DNA of 64,000 nt from Piromyces finnis finn (GCA_002104945.1 MCFH01000056.1:1-64000); one strand, 5' to 3'; shown: positions 37,288 to 50,499, counted from the first letter of the stretch. The notes: generated by a model not told the origin, from the letters alone. Numbers and translations: made by a program.

Positions 37288-37298
37288 ATAAAAACACT
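37288..37298 (+). promoter_or_regulatory. Self-priming PBS of family F (ATAAAAACACT)
   Basis: Perfect complement of AGTGTTTTTAT at 37103-37113, about 35 nt downstream of TATAAAA in the LTR. Confidence 0.85.
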
Positions 37299-37357
37299 CT
37301 AAGAAAAAGATCGCTACCTCAGTGCCTCGTTTATTTGCTTACTTCTAATTTTTTTTT

Positions 37358-40300
37358 ATGGATAACTCTGCTGATTTGAAGAACGGTTTTGATGGCAACC
37401 GTCGCTACCTGAAGGGATTCTTAGCAAAAATGGACATGATCTTTATGATCCATCCTGAAATAGGAAGGGACGATGGAGAAAAGGTCTTCTACGTCGTTAG
37501 TCGCCTCTACGGGGATGCAATGAATTGGGCTGCTACCTTGATTAACAACCATGATCCTTGCTTACAGGATTATGGCGCCTTTGTTGGAAAGCTGAAGGCT
37601 GCTTTTGGTTTTCAGGATATGGTCTATACTGCCAACCAAAAGCTCAAGAAGATCAAACAACATGGCCTATCCAATACTCAAGAGTATATCAAGGAATTTA
37701 ACTACTATGCTGATGAATCCACTTGGAATGAACAAGCCAAGATGGATGCTTTTGTTGATGGGTTGGACGATAGAATCGCCACCCATATCCTTCAGATGTT
37801 TCCTGGCCCTTCTACCTTGATAAACTTACAAACAATAGCCAGTCGTATAGGAAGTAGATTGGCATGCCACCAAGAGGAAATAAACAGAAGATCCAATAGA
37901 AGTTTCCGTTCTAAACAAAGCTTCCAATCCCGCTCCTCAGAAAGATTTACAAGTAAATCCACTCAGCCCAAGAAGGAAAATAATTTTGGCCCCATTTCAA
38001 GTGAAGAACGTAGCCGCCGAATGAAAGAGAATCTCTGCTTATATTGTGGTAAACCTGGTCACCGATTATCTGAATGCCCTATTAGAACCAAAAAGGAAAA
38101 CCATACTAATAATGCTGGGGTCCATGTTTTGAATGAACAAGAAAAATCCACTCGACTTTCGGATAACTCCTCTTTACCTCAAACGGTTATCGATGTTGAT
38201 GTTGTTCTTCCATACAAATCTGTCGGAACTAAAGTTCTCTTAGATAGTGGTTCACAATTCTGTTTGATAGACCACGCCTTTGTTAAGGCCCATGAGATCC
38301 CTATAATTACCAAAGTAAAATGCCCACAAATTATAGGTATCGGAGGTCACCAAAAGATTATCGGCCAGACTTGGCCTATAACTGTGGAACACATGAATCA
38401 CTCATGCCAGTTACAATTTTACGTCGTAGAATTGCCTTCTTACTGTTGTATTCTTGGCTCTGATTGGCTGGCCCTTCACAATCCGACAATCAATTTTGCT
38501 AGTAAGGACGTTTCCTATCATTCTGAATACTGTAAGGAAAATTGCTTAAGGAAAGAATCTGCTAGCTCTACCACTTCTGAACTCGAAGACCAATCGAAGG
38601 ACGAAATGTCAGTTGGAAATACACCTGAATACCCTTTCAATGTATTCACTTGTCTAGAAGAACCTGAAGTTGAGTCACCCCAAATTCCAATTCACTACTC
38701 TCAACACTCCAAAGTGTTCGAGGAAAGGCTCGCTGATAAACTCCCTCCTCATCGCCCGTACGACTGTGAGATCAACCTGAGACCAAATAGCAACTTGTTT
38801 TATGGTCCAATCTACCGACTTACTGAGAAAGAATCAAAGGTATTAGAAGAAACTATTAATGAAAATTTAAAAAAGGGGTTTATCCGCAAATCCAAATCGC
38901 CAGCTGGTGCTCCCGTTCTGTTTGTCCCGAAGAAGAGTGGAGAACTTCGTATGTGTATCGACTACCGCCGCTTGAACGAAATCACCATTAGGAACTCGTA
39001 CCCTCTCCCATTGATCCAAGACATGTTGGATCATCTAGGAAAAGCTAAGGTGTTCTCGAAGCTAGATCTTCGATCCGCCTATAACTTGGTAAGAATCAAA
39101 GAAGGCGATGAATATAAGACCGCCTTCACCTGTCAATTTGGCCATTTCGAATATCTGGTAATGCCTTTCGGTCTCAAGAACGCTCCTGCAGTCTTCCAAC
39201 ATTTTATTAACGACGTTCTTGAAGGCATTATCGGTAAATTCGTCTTTTCGTATATTGACGATATTATCATTTTCTCTGATAATATAGCCGAACATCATGA
39301 ACACGTCAATGAAGTCCTTCGTAGACTCGAAGAAGCCGGACTGTACGCTAAACTTGAAAAATGTCTATTCGACTCTCCTTGTCTTGACTTCCTTGGTCAT
39401 AGAATCTCTGCCTCTGGTATCGGAATGGACCCTAATAAGGTGAAAGCCATTGCGGAATGGCCGACTCCTAAATCGGTCCATGAACTACAATCCTTCCTAG
39501 GCTTAGCCAACTATTATCGTAGATTTATTCCTGGCTTTGCTAAGATTGCTCACCCACTCCACCAACTTTGCAAGAAGAACACCGCCTTCGTTTGGAACGA
39601 TACCGCTCAAGATGCTTTTGATGCTTTGGTTAAGCATTTTATTAGTCAGCCTATCCTTGCATATCCTGATGTTGACCTACCTTTCGTTGTCGAAACCGAT
39701 GCAAGCAGCTTCGCCATAGGTGCTGTATTGTCTCAAGTCAACAAGTCCGACAATATTCTTCACCCTGTTGCGTTCTTTTCTAGATCCCTTACAAACCCGG
39801 AGAAGAACTACCCTATCTATGATAAAGAACTTTTGGCTATCGTCGCGTCCTTAGAAGTGTGGAGACATTTTTTGAAAGGTGCGAATCATCCTTTCAAAAT
39901 TATATCAGACCACAGAAACCTCCTTTTTCAGAAGAAACCGGAGAAGATGACTCAGAGATTAATTAGATGGTCCCTTTTCCTTGCTGAATTCGATTTTGTC
40001 ATTGAATATCGCCCTGGTTCCTCGAACGGGAAAACCGATGCCTTGTCAAGAAGACCTGACTATCTTGATCACTCTTGCAATTCCGATTCTAATAACTCTG
40101 TCTTTCGTCCCGAAAATTTCAGCTCCTGCTTTGCTTCATCCACTCCTTCTTCTCTTCTTGAAAAAATTGCTCTCTCTTGTAAACTTGACAAATTCTTCAT
40201 TGAGACTTCTAATCAACTTCTCAATGATAATTGTTCTTCTGACTACAAACTTAGTAACAACGTCCTCCTTTTCCAAGATAAAATCTATGTTCCTAATGAT

Positions 40301-41552
40301 TGCCGAGTTGAAATTCTGTCTTCTTTTCATGACTCCCCTGCTGCCGGCCATTTTGGTATTTCAAAAACTTTATCCTTGATTTCCCGTAACTACTGGTGGC
40401 CCAAAATGTATCAGGATGTTAAGGACTATGTCCGTTCTTGTGAGGTCTGCTGTCGTTCGAAATCCTCTAGACATAAACCTTACGGGTTATTATCCACTCT
40501 TCCTTTAGGTGAACGTCCCTGGTCTTCCATTGCTATGGATTTTATCACTGACCTCCCCTCTTCTCGTGGATTTACCTGTATCTTCGTTGTCATTGATCGA
40601 TTGACAAAAATGGCTCACTTTATCCCTCTTGAAAAAGTTCCCACTGCTGAACGTGCTGCCGAAGCTTTCATTAACAACGTCTTCAAACTTCATGGATGCC
40701 CCTCCGACATTGTTCTCGACCAAGGTTCTCAGTTCACTTCAAAGTTTTGGAAGAAATTCTTTGCTACCCTCAAGATTGATTTGAAATACTCTTCTGCTTA
40801 TCACCACCAATCCAATGGCCAGACGGAGAGAGTGAACTCCGTTGTAGAACAATATCTACGCTGCTTCTCAAATTACAAAGGCACTAACTGGATCGAATAC
40901 TTAAGCCTAGCTGAATTTAGTTACAATAATTCAGTTCAAGAATCTGCAAAACAAACACCCTTCTTCTTGAACTATGGTTTCCATCCTAATTTTAATCCAA
41001 CAATTCCAACAACAAGTGAAGTTCCAAGAGCTGAAGAATACACAAAAGAATTAAAAGAAATTATCAGCACCCTCAAGAAAAACCTTTCGGAAGCCCAAAA
41101 GAAACAAGAACATTTCGCCAATAGACATAGACAACCAGGCCCGTCATTCAAACCAGGAGAAAAGGTATGGTTAATCAATAATAATTTAGTTAAGGGAAAT
41201 AAAAAATTCACCCCTCGGAAACTCGGTCCCTATGAAATTGAACAACAAATATCAGAAGTCTCATTCAAATTGAAACTCCCTGGTAACATGAAGATTGATC
41301 CGGTATTCCATAAATCATCTCTCGAGCCTTACTTCGAAGGGAAAAGTACAAACCGAAAAGTTCAACCTCCACCACCTGTCATTATAAACGAAGAGGAGGA
41401 ATACGAAGTAGAAGAAATTCTGGACAAAAGAAGACGCTATAACAAAACTCAGTACTTGATCAAATGGAAAGGATATCCTATTTCAGAAGCCTCATGGGAA
41501 CCCGAAGAAAATCTGAACTGTCCAGCAAAGCTAAGAGAATTCAACAAGACCC

Positions 41553-41557
<5 letters not shown>
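37358..41557 (+). CDS. Gag-Pol polyprotein (gag, CCHC, PR, RT, RNase H, integrase, chromodomain), 1399 aa
   Basis: [14 protein letters not shown]; LLDSGS; YIDDII; ETDAS; HDSPAAGH...CEVC; MDFIT/DQGSQF/TER; [10 protein letters not shown]...YLIKWKGY...SWEPEENL. Confidence 0.97.
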
Positions 41558-41584
<27 letters not shown>

Positions 41585-42469
41585 TAATAATAATAAAATT
41601 AACTAATTTTCATTAATTTTTAGACACAAATGAGGGAATATCAATTTTTAGAATAAACTTAACCGATACCGTTTTGGCGAAGCTCCCATAGGGATTTACT
41701 GGACTTACAAGCGTACCAAGAACAAGTACTATCAAACGGCCATATCGGAACCTTGCCTATGAAACCTCTAGTACTTGTTGGACATACTTTAGTCTTGGCG
41801 CCAACCCGCCTTACATCAAAGTTACTCTACCAACCCCGACTTCGAACTCACAACCTTCTAGTTTATTGCCAACTACTCGACCATTGTACCACACCTTTTA
41901 ATTCTCATATGAAGTCAACTGCCTATTTAAAACAAAAAAAAAAAAAAAAAAAAAATTAGTAGCTTATAAATTCGTCTGGAATCCGAATTTAGAGGAGGAG
42001 CTTGTAATGAGGTATATCTAATGATAAGGGTTAGACTAGAAAATCATTAAGGTTAGATTAATGAAAATTTCACAATTATATTTTTATAACCAATCATTAA
42101 GTAATTAATTCACTTATCAAATTGTATTAAAAAAAATAATTTTCATATATAAAAGAGAGAATAAGAAAGATAAAATAGTTCTTTAGTGTTTTTATTAATA
42201 ATTAATAAAAATTAGTTTTTTTGTTTCGTCTTTAGTTTGATAATACACTGACCTAGCGAGTTAGTCGTATTATAATAATAAATTTAATAAATAAACATTA
42301 TTAAAAAAAATACATATATATTTGATACATTAAAGTGTGTGTGTTTATTATTATAATATTTCGTTACAGTCTTTATTTTTTTCTCAAATTAGTAATAGTT
42401 AATTATTCAATTATTATTAATTTGTAGAAGTAATTTATAATTTATTTATAAGTGACTTCTTACACAACG

Positions 42470-43247
42470 TGTAATAATTATATTATATTTATTATATAAT
42501 AATAATTATTAGCTTTAAAATTAATAATATAAATTATTATTAAAATGTGAAAATAAAAATAAAATTAAAAACTTAACTTAATGAGTTTATTATAAGAAAT
42601 TATAATAAACAAACACCAACTATATCAAAATTCTTTTGCGTATTTAATAGTTTTTTAATATCTATTTATTACTTATTATTTTGTATAAGGTTATTTATTA
42701 TAATTAATCTTATAATAATAACTTTTGATTTATCAAATCGAACTCAAGAGTACTATTTATATGTTTTATTTTATAAATGAAAATTTCTAAGAACATTCTA
42801 ATCTTAACAAAAATCTTTTTAGGATAAGACTAGAAGAAAAACCTAAAAAGTTATTTAATTGATATTCTAATCATACCAATCATCGTAATATTAAGTAAAA
42901 CCGTTGATCACGAATAAAACCTTAATATCCGATTTCCTATTACATACTAATATATAGTTGTATAATATTATTAATGTAATTAGTATGTATTTTATTTTTA
43001 TAATACAAGTGTATATAAATGAATGTAGAAATATAAAAGATAAATAAATATATTAATCTAATTTAGTGGATGGATGATTATGAACTAAATAAATTATTTA
43101 TAATATTTAACTGAACAAATAAAATGAACAAATAAAATACTAATAAATAAATATATTAATATAATTTAATGGACGAATGATTATTAACAATATAAATTAT
43201 TTATAATATTTAATACTAAGAATAAATATTTATTATTTATTCTTACA
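42470..43247. mobile_element. Family P solo LTR
   Basis: TGTAAT...TTCTTACA with TSD CAACG. Contains an internal ~105-bp tandem duplication near 43030-43230. Confidence 0.8.
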
Positions 43248-43753
43248 CAACGAATCTTTGTAAGAAATATTTGTTGCCATAAGTTTGCCCACAAATATTT
43301 CAATTGAAACCATATATTCTGGTCACCATTTATTGGCCAGATATATACACAACCATATATTAATGGCTATTAATTAAATAGAAAGTTTATTTGCCTTATC
43401 CAATCAAGTGGTAAAGAAAATAAACTAATATAGTTAAATAGTATAGTTAAACTAACGTTAAATACTTTAGCGTTAGTATTAGAGTAAATTAATACCTATA
43501 GTAATAAATAATGTATATAATTATAATTAATAAATAAAAGATATAATTAATATATAATTATTTAAGTAAACATTATTTCATAAAATTTTTATACATTTGT
43601 TGTAATTATTTTAGTGTTATAATATTTATTTTATTTCTTTTATTATTTTTTATAAAACTTTACTTAGTTATTAACTCGTATAGAGAGGTAATAACTAACT
43701 TAATTAACTAAATTAATAACCTATTTACTAATAATATAAAAACACCTTTTACA

Positions 43754-43764
43754 ATACTAACGCT
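43754..43764 (+). promoter_or_regulatory. Self-priming PBS of family A (ATACTAACGCT)
   Basis: Perfect complement of AGCGTTAGTAT at 43469-43479 inside the LTR. Confidence 0.85.
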
Positions 43765-43910
43765 TTATAGTTAGTTCTTACGTTAGCTTAGTTTTAGTTA
43801 GGTTAGTTTTATTAAAAAGTTAATTATTTTTAAATTTTAAAATTCACCATAACAATATTTTATATAATAAATTCTTTAATTTATTGAAAGAATTTATTTT
43901 AGAATTAGAA

Positions 43911-46900
43911 ATGAAAAATCCAGGTTGTTAAGTTTTGAGATTTGGTTATGCGGCCAGGTCAGAATGTTATTAATTATATAGTAAATATGTTTTTTAAGAA
44001 ACTAAATTTAAATGTACAATAACATTTTAAACTTCCAAATGAAAAATTAATATTTATTTTTTAGAATAACTTTTTATAAAATTTTATTTATTTAGTAATA
44101 ATAATATAAATGATAATATATTTAATAACTATATAATTAAGATTATAACTATAATCTTTACAAAGAATTAAAATCAAATTCAATTCATTCTATTTTATAT
44201 TCTTTGTTCAGATTATTAAATTGATAAAAATAAAGTATTACATGTAATATATTAATAACATAATAAGATTGTTTGTTTGTTTGTTTGTTTGTTTTGTCAT
44301 GACATAAAATAAAATAAACATATGATTAATCATTTAAACACTTGATCCATTAACCTATTTTATAATAATTAGAATTATTTAATTTATAAATGTTAACTGT
44401 TACACCTAAATGGTTTAGTTCTATTTTTAGTAACAGTCACTATCATTAATTAAATTAATATAATTAAAATTTCTATTGATATCTTTTTAATTTTCGTCAA
44501 GTCATAAGAAATGTCTATGATCCATACTTGATATCATATTGATTTTAATTTACTTATTAAAGTCTTCAAATGACCATATCTTTCTTAAATGACCAGTTAG
44601 AAGGACCGCGATTATACCAAAATATAGTTTTTTCTTAAGCTTTCTAATAAACCTGGTTTCACAGCCGTAGTACTTACAGCCGTAGCACTCGTTTTTGGCG
44701 AGTTATGCGTAGTTTCGTATTTCTTTATTTTTGGTTAAGGGTTATAGTGTATTGATATTAAATTTTTGAAATCATAACCCTTTCACTGAATCAAAATTTA
44801 AAAGGTGACTTTTAAAGGTGTTTTAAAATAATTATTGAAATTATTTAATTATAATTATTATGTTTAATTAATTATAGATATTATCTGAATTTGTTTTAAA
44901 TCCAGTTAATATCTTCACACAGGTAAGTCTCCTAACCCTCGAGGTGTCCATAAATTGGACACAAAAACATCATTCGTAAGGGACGGAACCCGTCCTGATG
45001 CGGCGAGCGCGGATGGCATGAATGGTGTAGAGGGAATGTCACGGATTCGAACCCCAGTGCTTCTCGAAAGTACCGAGGTCGAATCTAATCAGAATTTACA
45101 GGTTCAACAGGGGGATTCTATGCCCGCCCCTGTTGATCCTTCTTTCTTTTTTACTAATAATAGTGAGGTAAACCCAATGCAGCACATTGAAGTTCTTAAT
45201 AGATGGGTTTCTGAAATATCTAGCCAGTTTGCTAGTATGGGAAACCGTCTGGGTGCTATGGAAGAACAACTTCGGGGCATTGAGGTTTACAAGAGCGAGA
45301 TAAACGATGCTCTTCAGCAAAAATTTGTTGAAGTGGATCAAAGGTTGGAAGCAAATGAGTCAGCTAGTCATGTTAGCTTGGAAGAGCTGCATGCTGTGAA
45401 AAATGCCTTTATTGCAGAACATGAGGAAAGGTTACAAGACCACCAACAAATGCTAAACAACCAAGAAACGTTGTACCGTCAATCTAGTGCCTTTGTCTCT
45501 TATAAAAAAGAGCTTGAAGAAGAGATGGCCAGATTGAGGGAAAAACGAAACGCTCTAGAAGAAAGAGAAAAACTGTTCGAGGCTAAAGTCGAATCCATGA
45601 ACAGAAGAGCTGAAGCCAGAGCTCATGAAAGAACATCCTACCAAACCGGTGGTACGGGTAATCCTCATGGTGCTGGAACTAGTAGCAGCACCAACCCTAC
45701 GGAATATTCCGAGGACGGGGACGTGAAGATGTTCGACTGTCGAGTACATAGGTATGAAGAAAAGGTACCTATATTTGATAACAATGGGATAGATTTAGAG
45801 GGTTTTCAGGAGAAGTGCTTACGTCATTTCAAACGTTACCCATATGACTATGGTAACGACGAAAAGGCAAAGGTTAGCTTCATTGAAGATCATCTAGGTG
45901 GGAAAGTATTGAGATGGTATAGACTTAGAGAGAGGATGTTGCAGCGTAGGAATCCTGATGCTGAAAGACTATTCCTCCACCTTCAAGAAAAGTTTCCACC
46001 AGAGTCTCCCCATGAACTCTGCAAGTCAAAATTGCTTAAGCTTACACATGAGTGGGGAAAAGCATACGACTACTTGGAAGAGTTCAATGAGTTGACGGAA
46101 ACACTTGGGCTTCCTAATAATGTGAGGAGACAGGTGTTAATACAACAGGTTAGGCCTTCTGTTAGGGAAGCGTTCTATGATATCCCTGAACAGGAACGTA
46201 CGTTGGAAACATTAAGTGAAGTCTTGTTAAAGTGCGATGATCACCAAGCAGTCTTCCGTAATGAAACCATAGAAAAGTACGATAAGAGAGATCGCCAGAC
46301 CACTATCATGGCCTTGTTGGATATTACAGACCCATGCAGACCTTCTAAATGGGCCGAGTTAAAGCAGAAGAACAACAAGCCAAATAATAAGCCTAAAGTT
46401 GAGCAGAACAACACTCAGGCTTATGTAAAAATGGTAATAACAAAGAACGTCGTGAGTTGTTCAACAAACCGGGTTTTAGAAGAAGTTCTAGCTTCCAACC
46501 AAAGCAAGGACCTTCTAGTATGGAAAATAATCCCTTACCTAAAGCCATGGCTAGTCAGCCAACGGTGAATAATAGCTACTACAGTCAGAATCAACTAGTA
46601 GCTGAAATAAATGCAAGAAGCAACCCTCGGGATACAAAACGGGTGGAAGTCTTGTATGATACTGGTTCCACTACAAACCTCATTCACCCAAACTTAGCAA
46701 AGAAACTCGGGTTGAAGGTAGTGGATAAACCAGCCATATTTAGAACTGTTAATGGAGATATCGAGTTAAAACAGTTCTCAGACGACTTGCAGTTGAAGTT
46801 GTGGTTAACTCCATCTGGTGAACAGGAAGCTAAACCATACTGTTTCAACACAAGTTGTCACCTGTCCGACAACATGCCGGAGATGATCATCGTGGTACTG

Positions 46901-49544
46901 GGCTTCATGGATGAGCACTTTATCTACAAAGGTTATGATAAAGATGCACAAGTGAGGTACTTCGTAATGGATAATGATAAAGAAAAAGGACATACCAACA
47001 GTTATGGTATAAATGATGGTGATATCTACTACTGTACTCAATTAAGTCCCATAACTACAGTTACTAATGCAAAAGAAAGAAGGCCTCTGGTAACTGTAAC
47101 TGCGGAAAACATAGAAGCCGAAATCGTGGGTAATGGTAGCCACAAGGCTGCAAGAGAACCCAGGGACGGAAGTTCCGGAGGGTTGGCATCGAGTTCCAAC
47201 TTAGAGAAAACTTGTGTTTCAGTAGGGTTGGTACAAGAGTCGAACTTAGAGAAAAATCACATTTACGTAGGGTTGGTACAGGAAGAAAACTTAAACAAAA
47301 ACCAACCTACGCCTGAAGAAATTGTGGAGAAGTACTACCACAATTTCAAAGAAGCATTTAATGAAGAAATAGCAAACCAGCTACCAGAACATCGTCCTTA
47401 CGACTGTAAGATCGACCTGGAGCCGGATGCTAGTATTCATAAAGGGCCTATATATCCCTTCAATCCAGAAGAAGAAAAAGCACTGAAGGAATATATAGAG
47501 GAAAACCTGGCAAAGGACTTCATAAGAAAGTCAGAGAGTCCTGCACCACGACCGTCAGTTTATAGTGGAGTGTGACGCTAGTAACTACGCAGTTGGTGGT
47601 GTATTGTCACAACTCGGCGATGACAACGAACTACACCCTGTGTATTACTACTCCAAGAAGCTTACGAAAGCAGAAATCAACTATTCCATCACAGAAAAGG
47701 AGTTGTTGGCTATTAGGAATGCTTTCATTGAGTGGCGACACCTGTTAATGGGTGCGAAACATAAGATCCTAGTATATAGTGACCACAGGAATCTCCTGTT
47801 CGCCACAAAACCACAGTTGTTGACAGCAAGACAGGCAAGATGGCAAGAGCTATTTGCTGCATACAACTTCGAGATAATATATCGGCCAGGGAAAATAAAT
47901 GGTAGAGCCGATATCCTATCAAGAATGGTATCTCCAGAACAGGTACAACTGGAGATGGAAAAAGCTAGCCTCCTTCGACCAGAAAAGGTCAAAGAATTTC
48001 CACCCATGGAAGAAGAGTGTTATGCGGTGTTAGAGGTAAGCTTTGTAGGGGAATTAAAACAAGCTTACAATACGGATGAGCTTGCTAGGGAAATTAAAGA
48101 AGGTCTTGATGCAAAAAAAGGCCACAAGTTCATCAAAAAGAAGAGGTTGATGGTTAATGAGTTGATTGTTAGAAAGGATGCACCAGAACGTACATACGTA
48201 CCAAAGGTATTAAGAGAAACAATCATAAAACTTAACCACGATAGTGAAACAGCAGTTCATCTGGGAAAAGATAAAACTTATGACCTGATAGCCAGAAACT
48301 ACTACTGGCCAAAAATGAAGGATGACGTTGCGGGTTACATAAAAGCTTGCACCATATGTTGTACCCAAAAGGACAATAGGCACAAGCCGTACGGTAGCGC
48401 TGCTATGGTAAATGTTGCAGATTTGCCTTGGCAAGAAGTAGAAATTGACTTCCTGACGGATCTACCTATCAAGGAACGAAGAAAACCAGGTAGTAGTCCT
48501 TCAGAACCACCAGAAGTCACTAGACGGGGTTGTATCATGGTTTGTAGCGACAAGTTAACCAAAATGATATACTTAGTGGGGTTTAGAAGTATGCCTACTA
48601 CCAAAGAAACAACATTAGCGTACTTACAACATGTATTCAAGTTGTATGGTTGTCCCAAATCGGTTACTACGGATCGTGGTGTCCAGTTCACTAGTAAGTT
48701 GTGGAAGGACATTATGGAGTTCTTTTGCGTAGAAATAAATCTTGCTACCACTAGCCATCACGAAACGGTTGGTCAGGTAGAACGTAACAACTCCTACGTA
48801 AGTATGTACCTTAGATGCTTTGTGAAGACCTTTGATGATGATGAATGGCTGAAATACTTGTACTTAGCTGAGTTCTTCTAAAATAATGCAGTACACAGTT
48901 CTACCAAGCAGTCCCCATTCTTAGCTTTGTATAACTACCAGGTACATATGAATCCTCAAGACTCAGATCTTGTCCACTCACTTGGTGAAGCTCCTGTATT
49001 AGATAGTTTTGCCCACAACTTAGGTAACCTAAAACACATGCTGGACATATCAAGAACACGGTTCTTGGACCACTTAGATAGTAGAAGAGAATTTAACTAC
49101 CCAAAAATTAGGCTATTGGACTTGGTGTGGTTAAGAAAACCAGAAAATTACAACCCTCTCCCTTTCTACAAGCTACAAGCAAGGAAGTACGGACCCTTCA
49201 AGATTATTGGAATTGATGAGAACAAGCTTAACTACCGGTTGGATATCAGCAAGTCACCTTTCCCCAACGTCTACCCAGTGTTTCATATCAGTGAACTTGA
49301 ACCCTACCATAACAAACCTGAAGAACTAACACCTGCACCAGTGGGCTACCAGAAAATCATCAAAATCATGAATGCCAGAAGAAAGAAGGATAACTACCAA
49401 TACTTAGCTACCTTTAGTGACTTTAGGCAAGAGTGGGTTGATGCTGATATCATCGGCAAGAACTCCCACTATGATAAGCTACTCAAGGAATTTCAAGATA
49501 AATGCTACCAGGAATTCATGGTTAGTGTCCAAAACCCTGCCTAG
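43911..49544 (+). pseudogene. Family A gag-pol, disrupted
   Basis: True start ATG 43911 (MKNPG|KSPNPRGVHKLDTK) is split by the B LTR. One-base frameshift near 46427. Protease LYDTGS; RT missing between RKSESPA and VECDAS (~47545). Integrase has a TAC>TAA stop at 48879-48881 (TAC in the 18118 copy). Confidence 0.92.
43926..44919. mobile_element. Family B solo LTR inserted at codon 5 of gag
   Basis: TSD CAGGT. Near-identical to 12802-13796. Confidence 0.94.
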
Positions 49545-50060
49545 GTTTTCTCCTTAGGGGGGCATTGTAAGAAATATTTGTGGCCATAAGTTTGCCCACA
49601 AATATTTCAATTGAAACCATATATTCTGGTCACCATTTATTGGCCAGATATATACACAACCATATATTAATGGCTATTAATTAAATAGAAAGTTTATTTG
49701 CCTTATCCAATCAAGTGGTAAAGAAAATAAACTAATATAGTTAAATAGTATAGCTAAACTAACGTTAAATACTTTAGCGTTAGTATTAGAGTAAATTAAT
49801 ACCTATAGTAATAAATAATGTATATAATTATAATTAATAAATAAAAGATATAATTAATATATAATTATTTAAGTAAACATTATTTCATAAAATCTTTATA
49901 CATTTGTTGTAATTATTTTAGTGTTATAATATTTATTTTATTTCTTTTATTATTTTTTATAAAACTTTACTTAGTTATTAACTCGTATAGAGAGGTAATA
50001 ACTAACTTAATTAACTAAATTAATAACCTATTTACTAATAATATAAAAACACCTTTTACA

Positions 50061-50483
50061 ATCTTAGAAATAAAGAAGTTGTCTTAGTGGTTAGTAACTA
50101 AGACTTTGATCCGAATGTCTAAAGTTCGAGACCTCTAAATTACTTTTTTTTAATTCATTTTATTTAATTTTGATTTTGATTTTTTACCAACATGAAATTC
50201 TTTGATTGGTTAAGAAATTTGAGTTGTAAAAAATCTTTTAAATTAATTTTAAAAATTTTAATATAAATACGAGTGAATTTTCCCAAATATTTAAAGAAAA
50301 TTGAGTTTTTATTAACTAATAAATTATTGTTAAATACTAACCTATTAAGTTAGAATTTATGTGTTTTTAATAATAATTTTAAATATTAATAATTATCAAT
50401 TAATAAAAGTGTTTTAAATTTACTAAGTTATTTTGGTAAATTATTATAAATTTCTTTTATTGTTAAGAACACATTTCTTTACA
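50061..50483 (+). mobile_element. Family H LTR (its first bases lie at ~43248-43258)
   Basis: AACGAATCTT | A element | ATCTTAGAAAT. Ends CACATTTCTTTACA. Confidence 0.85.
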
Positions 50484-50499
50484 ATATTATAAAATCATT

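Larger units (their letters stand above)
36920..42368 (+). mobile_element. Intact chromoviral Ty3/Gypsy element, family F (Tf1/sushi-like)
   Basis: LTRs 36920-37287 and 42003-42368 are almost identical. TSD GTCTT, PPT AGAGGAGGAG, single uninterrupted gag-pol ORF. Confidence 0.97.
43259..50060 (+). mobile_element. Family A Gypsy element, RT-deleted and non-autonomous, inserted in the start of an H LTR
   Basis: LTRs 43259-43753 and 49566-50060 differ at about 3 positions. TSD ATCTT; PPT TAGGGGGGC. Confidence 0.95.

Noticed and set aside
41753-41959. Extra ORF (env-like) in the 3' region of F
   Set aside because: Short, no recognisable domain or transmembrane segment, and runs into poly-A. Kept only as a GC-rich region.
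46420-46435. Programmed frameshift between A gag and pol
   Set aside because: No X_XXY_YYZ heptamer. A single-A loss in a homopolymer (mutation or sequencing error) restores one ORF.
50075-50140. Functional tRNA gene
   Set aside because: No convincing acceptor stem or T stem, and it is embedded in repeated LTRs. Reported only as tRNA-like.
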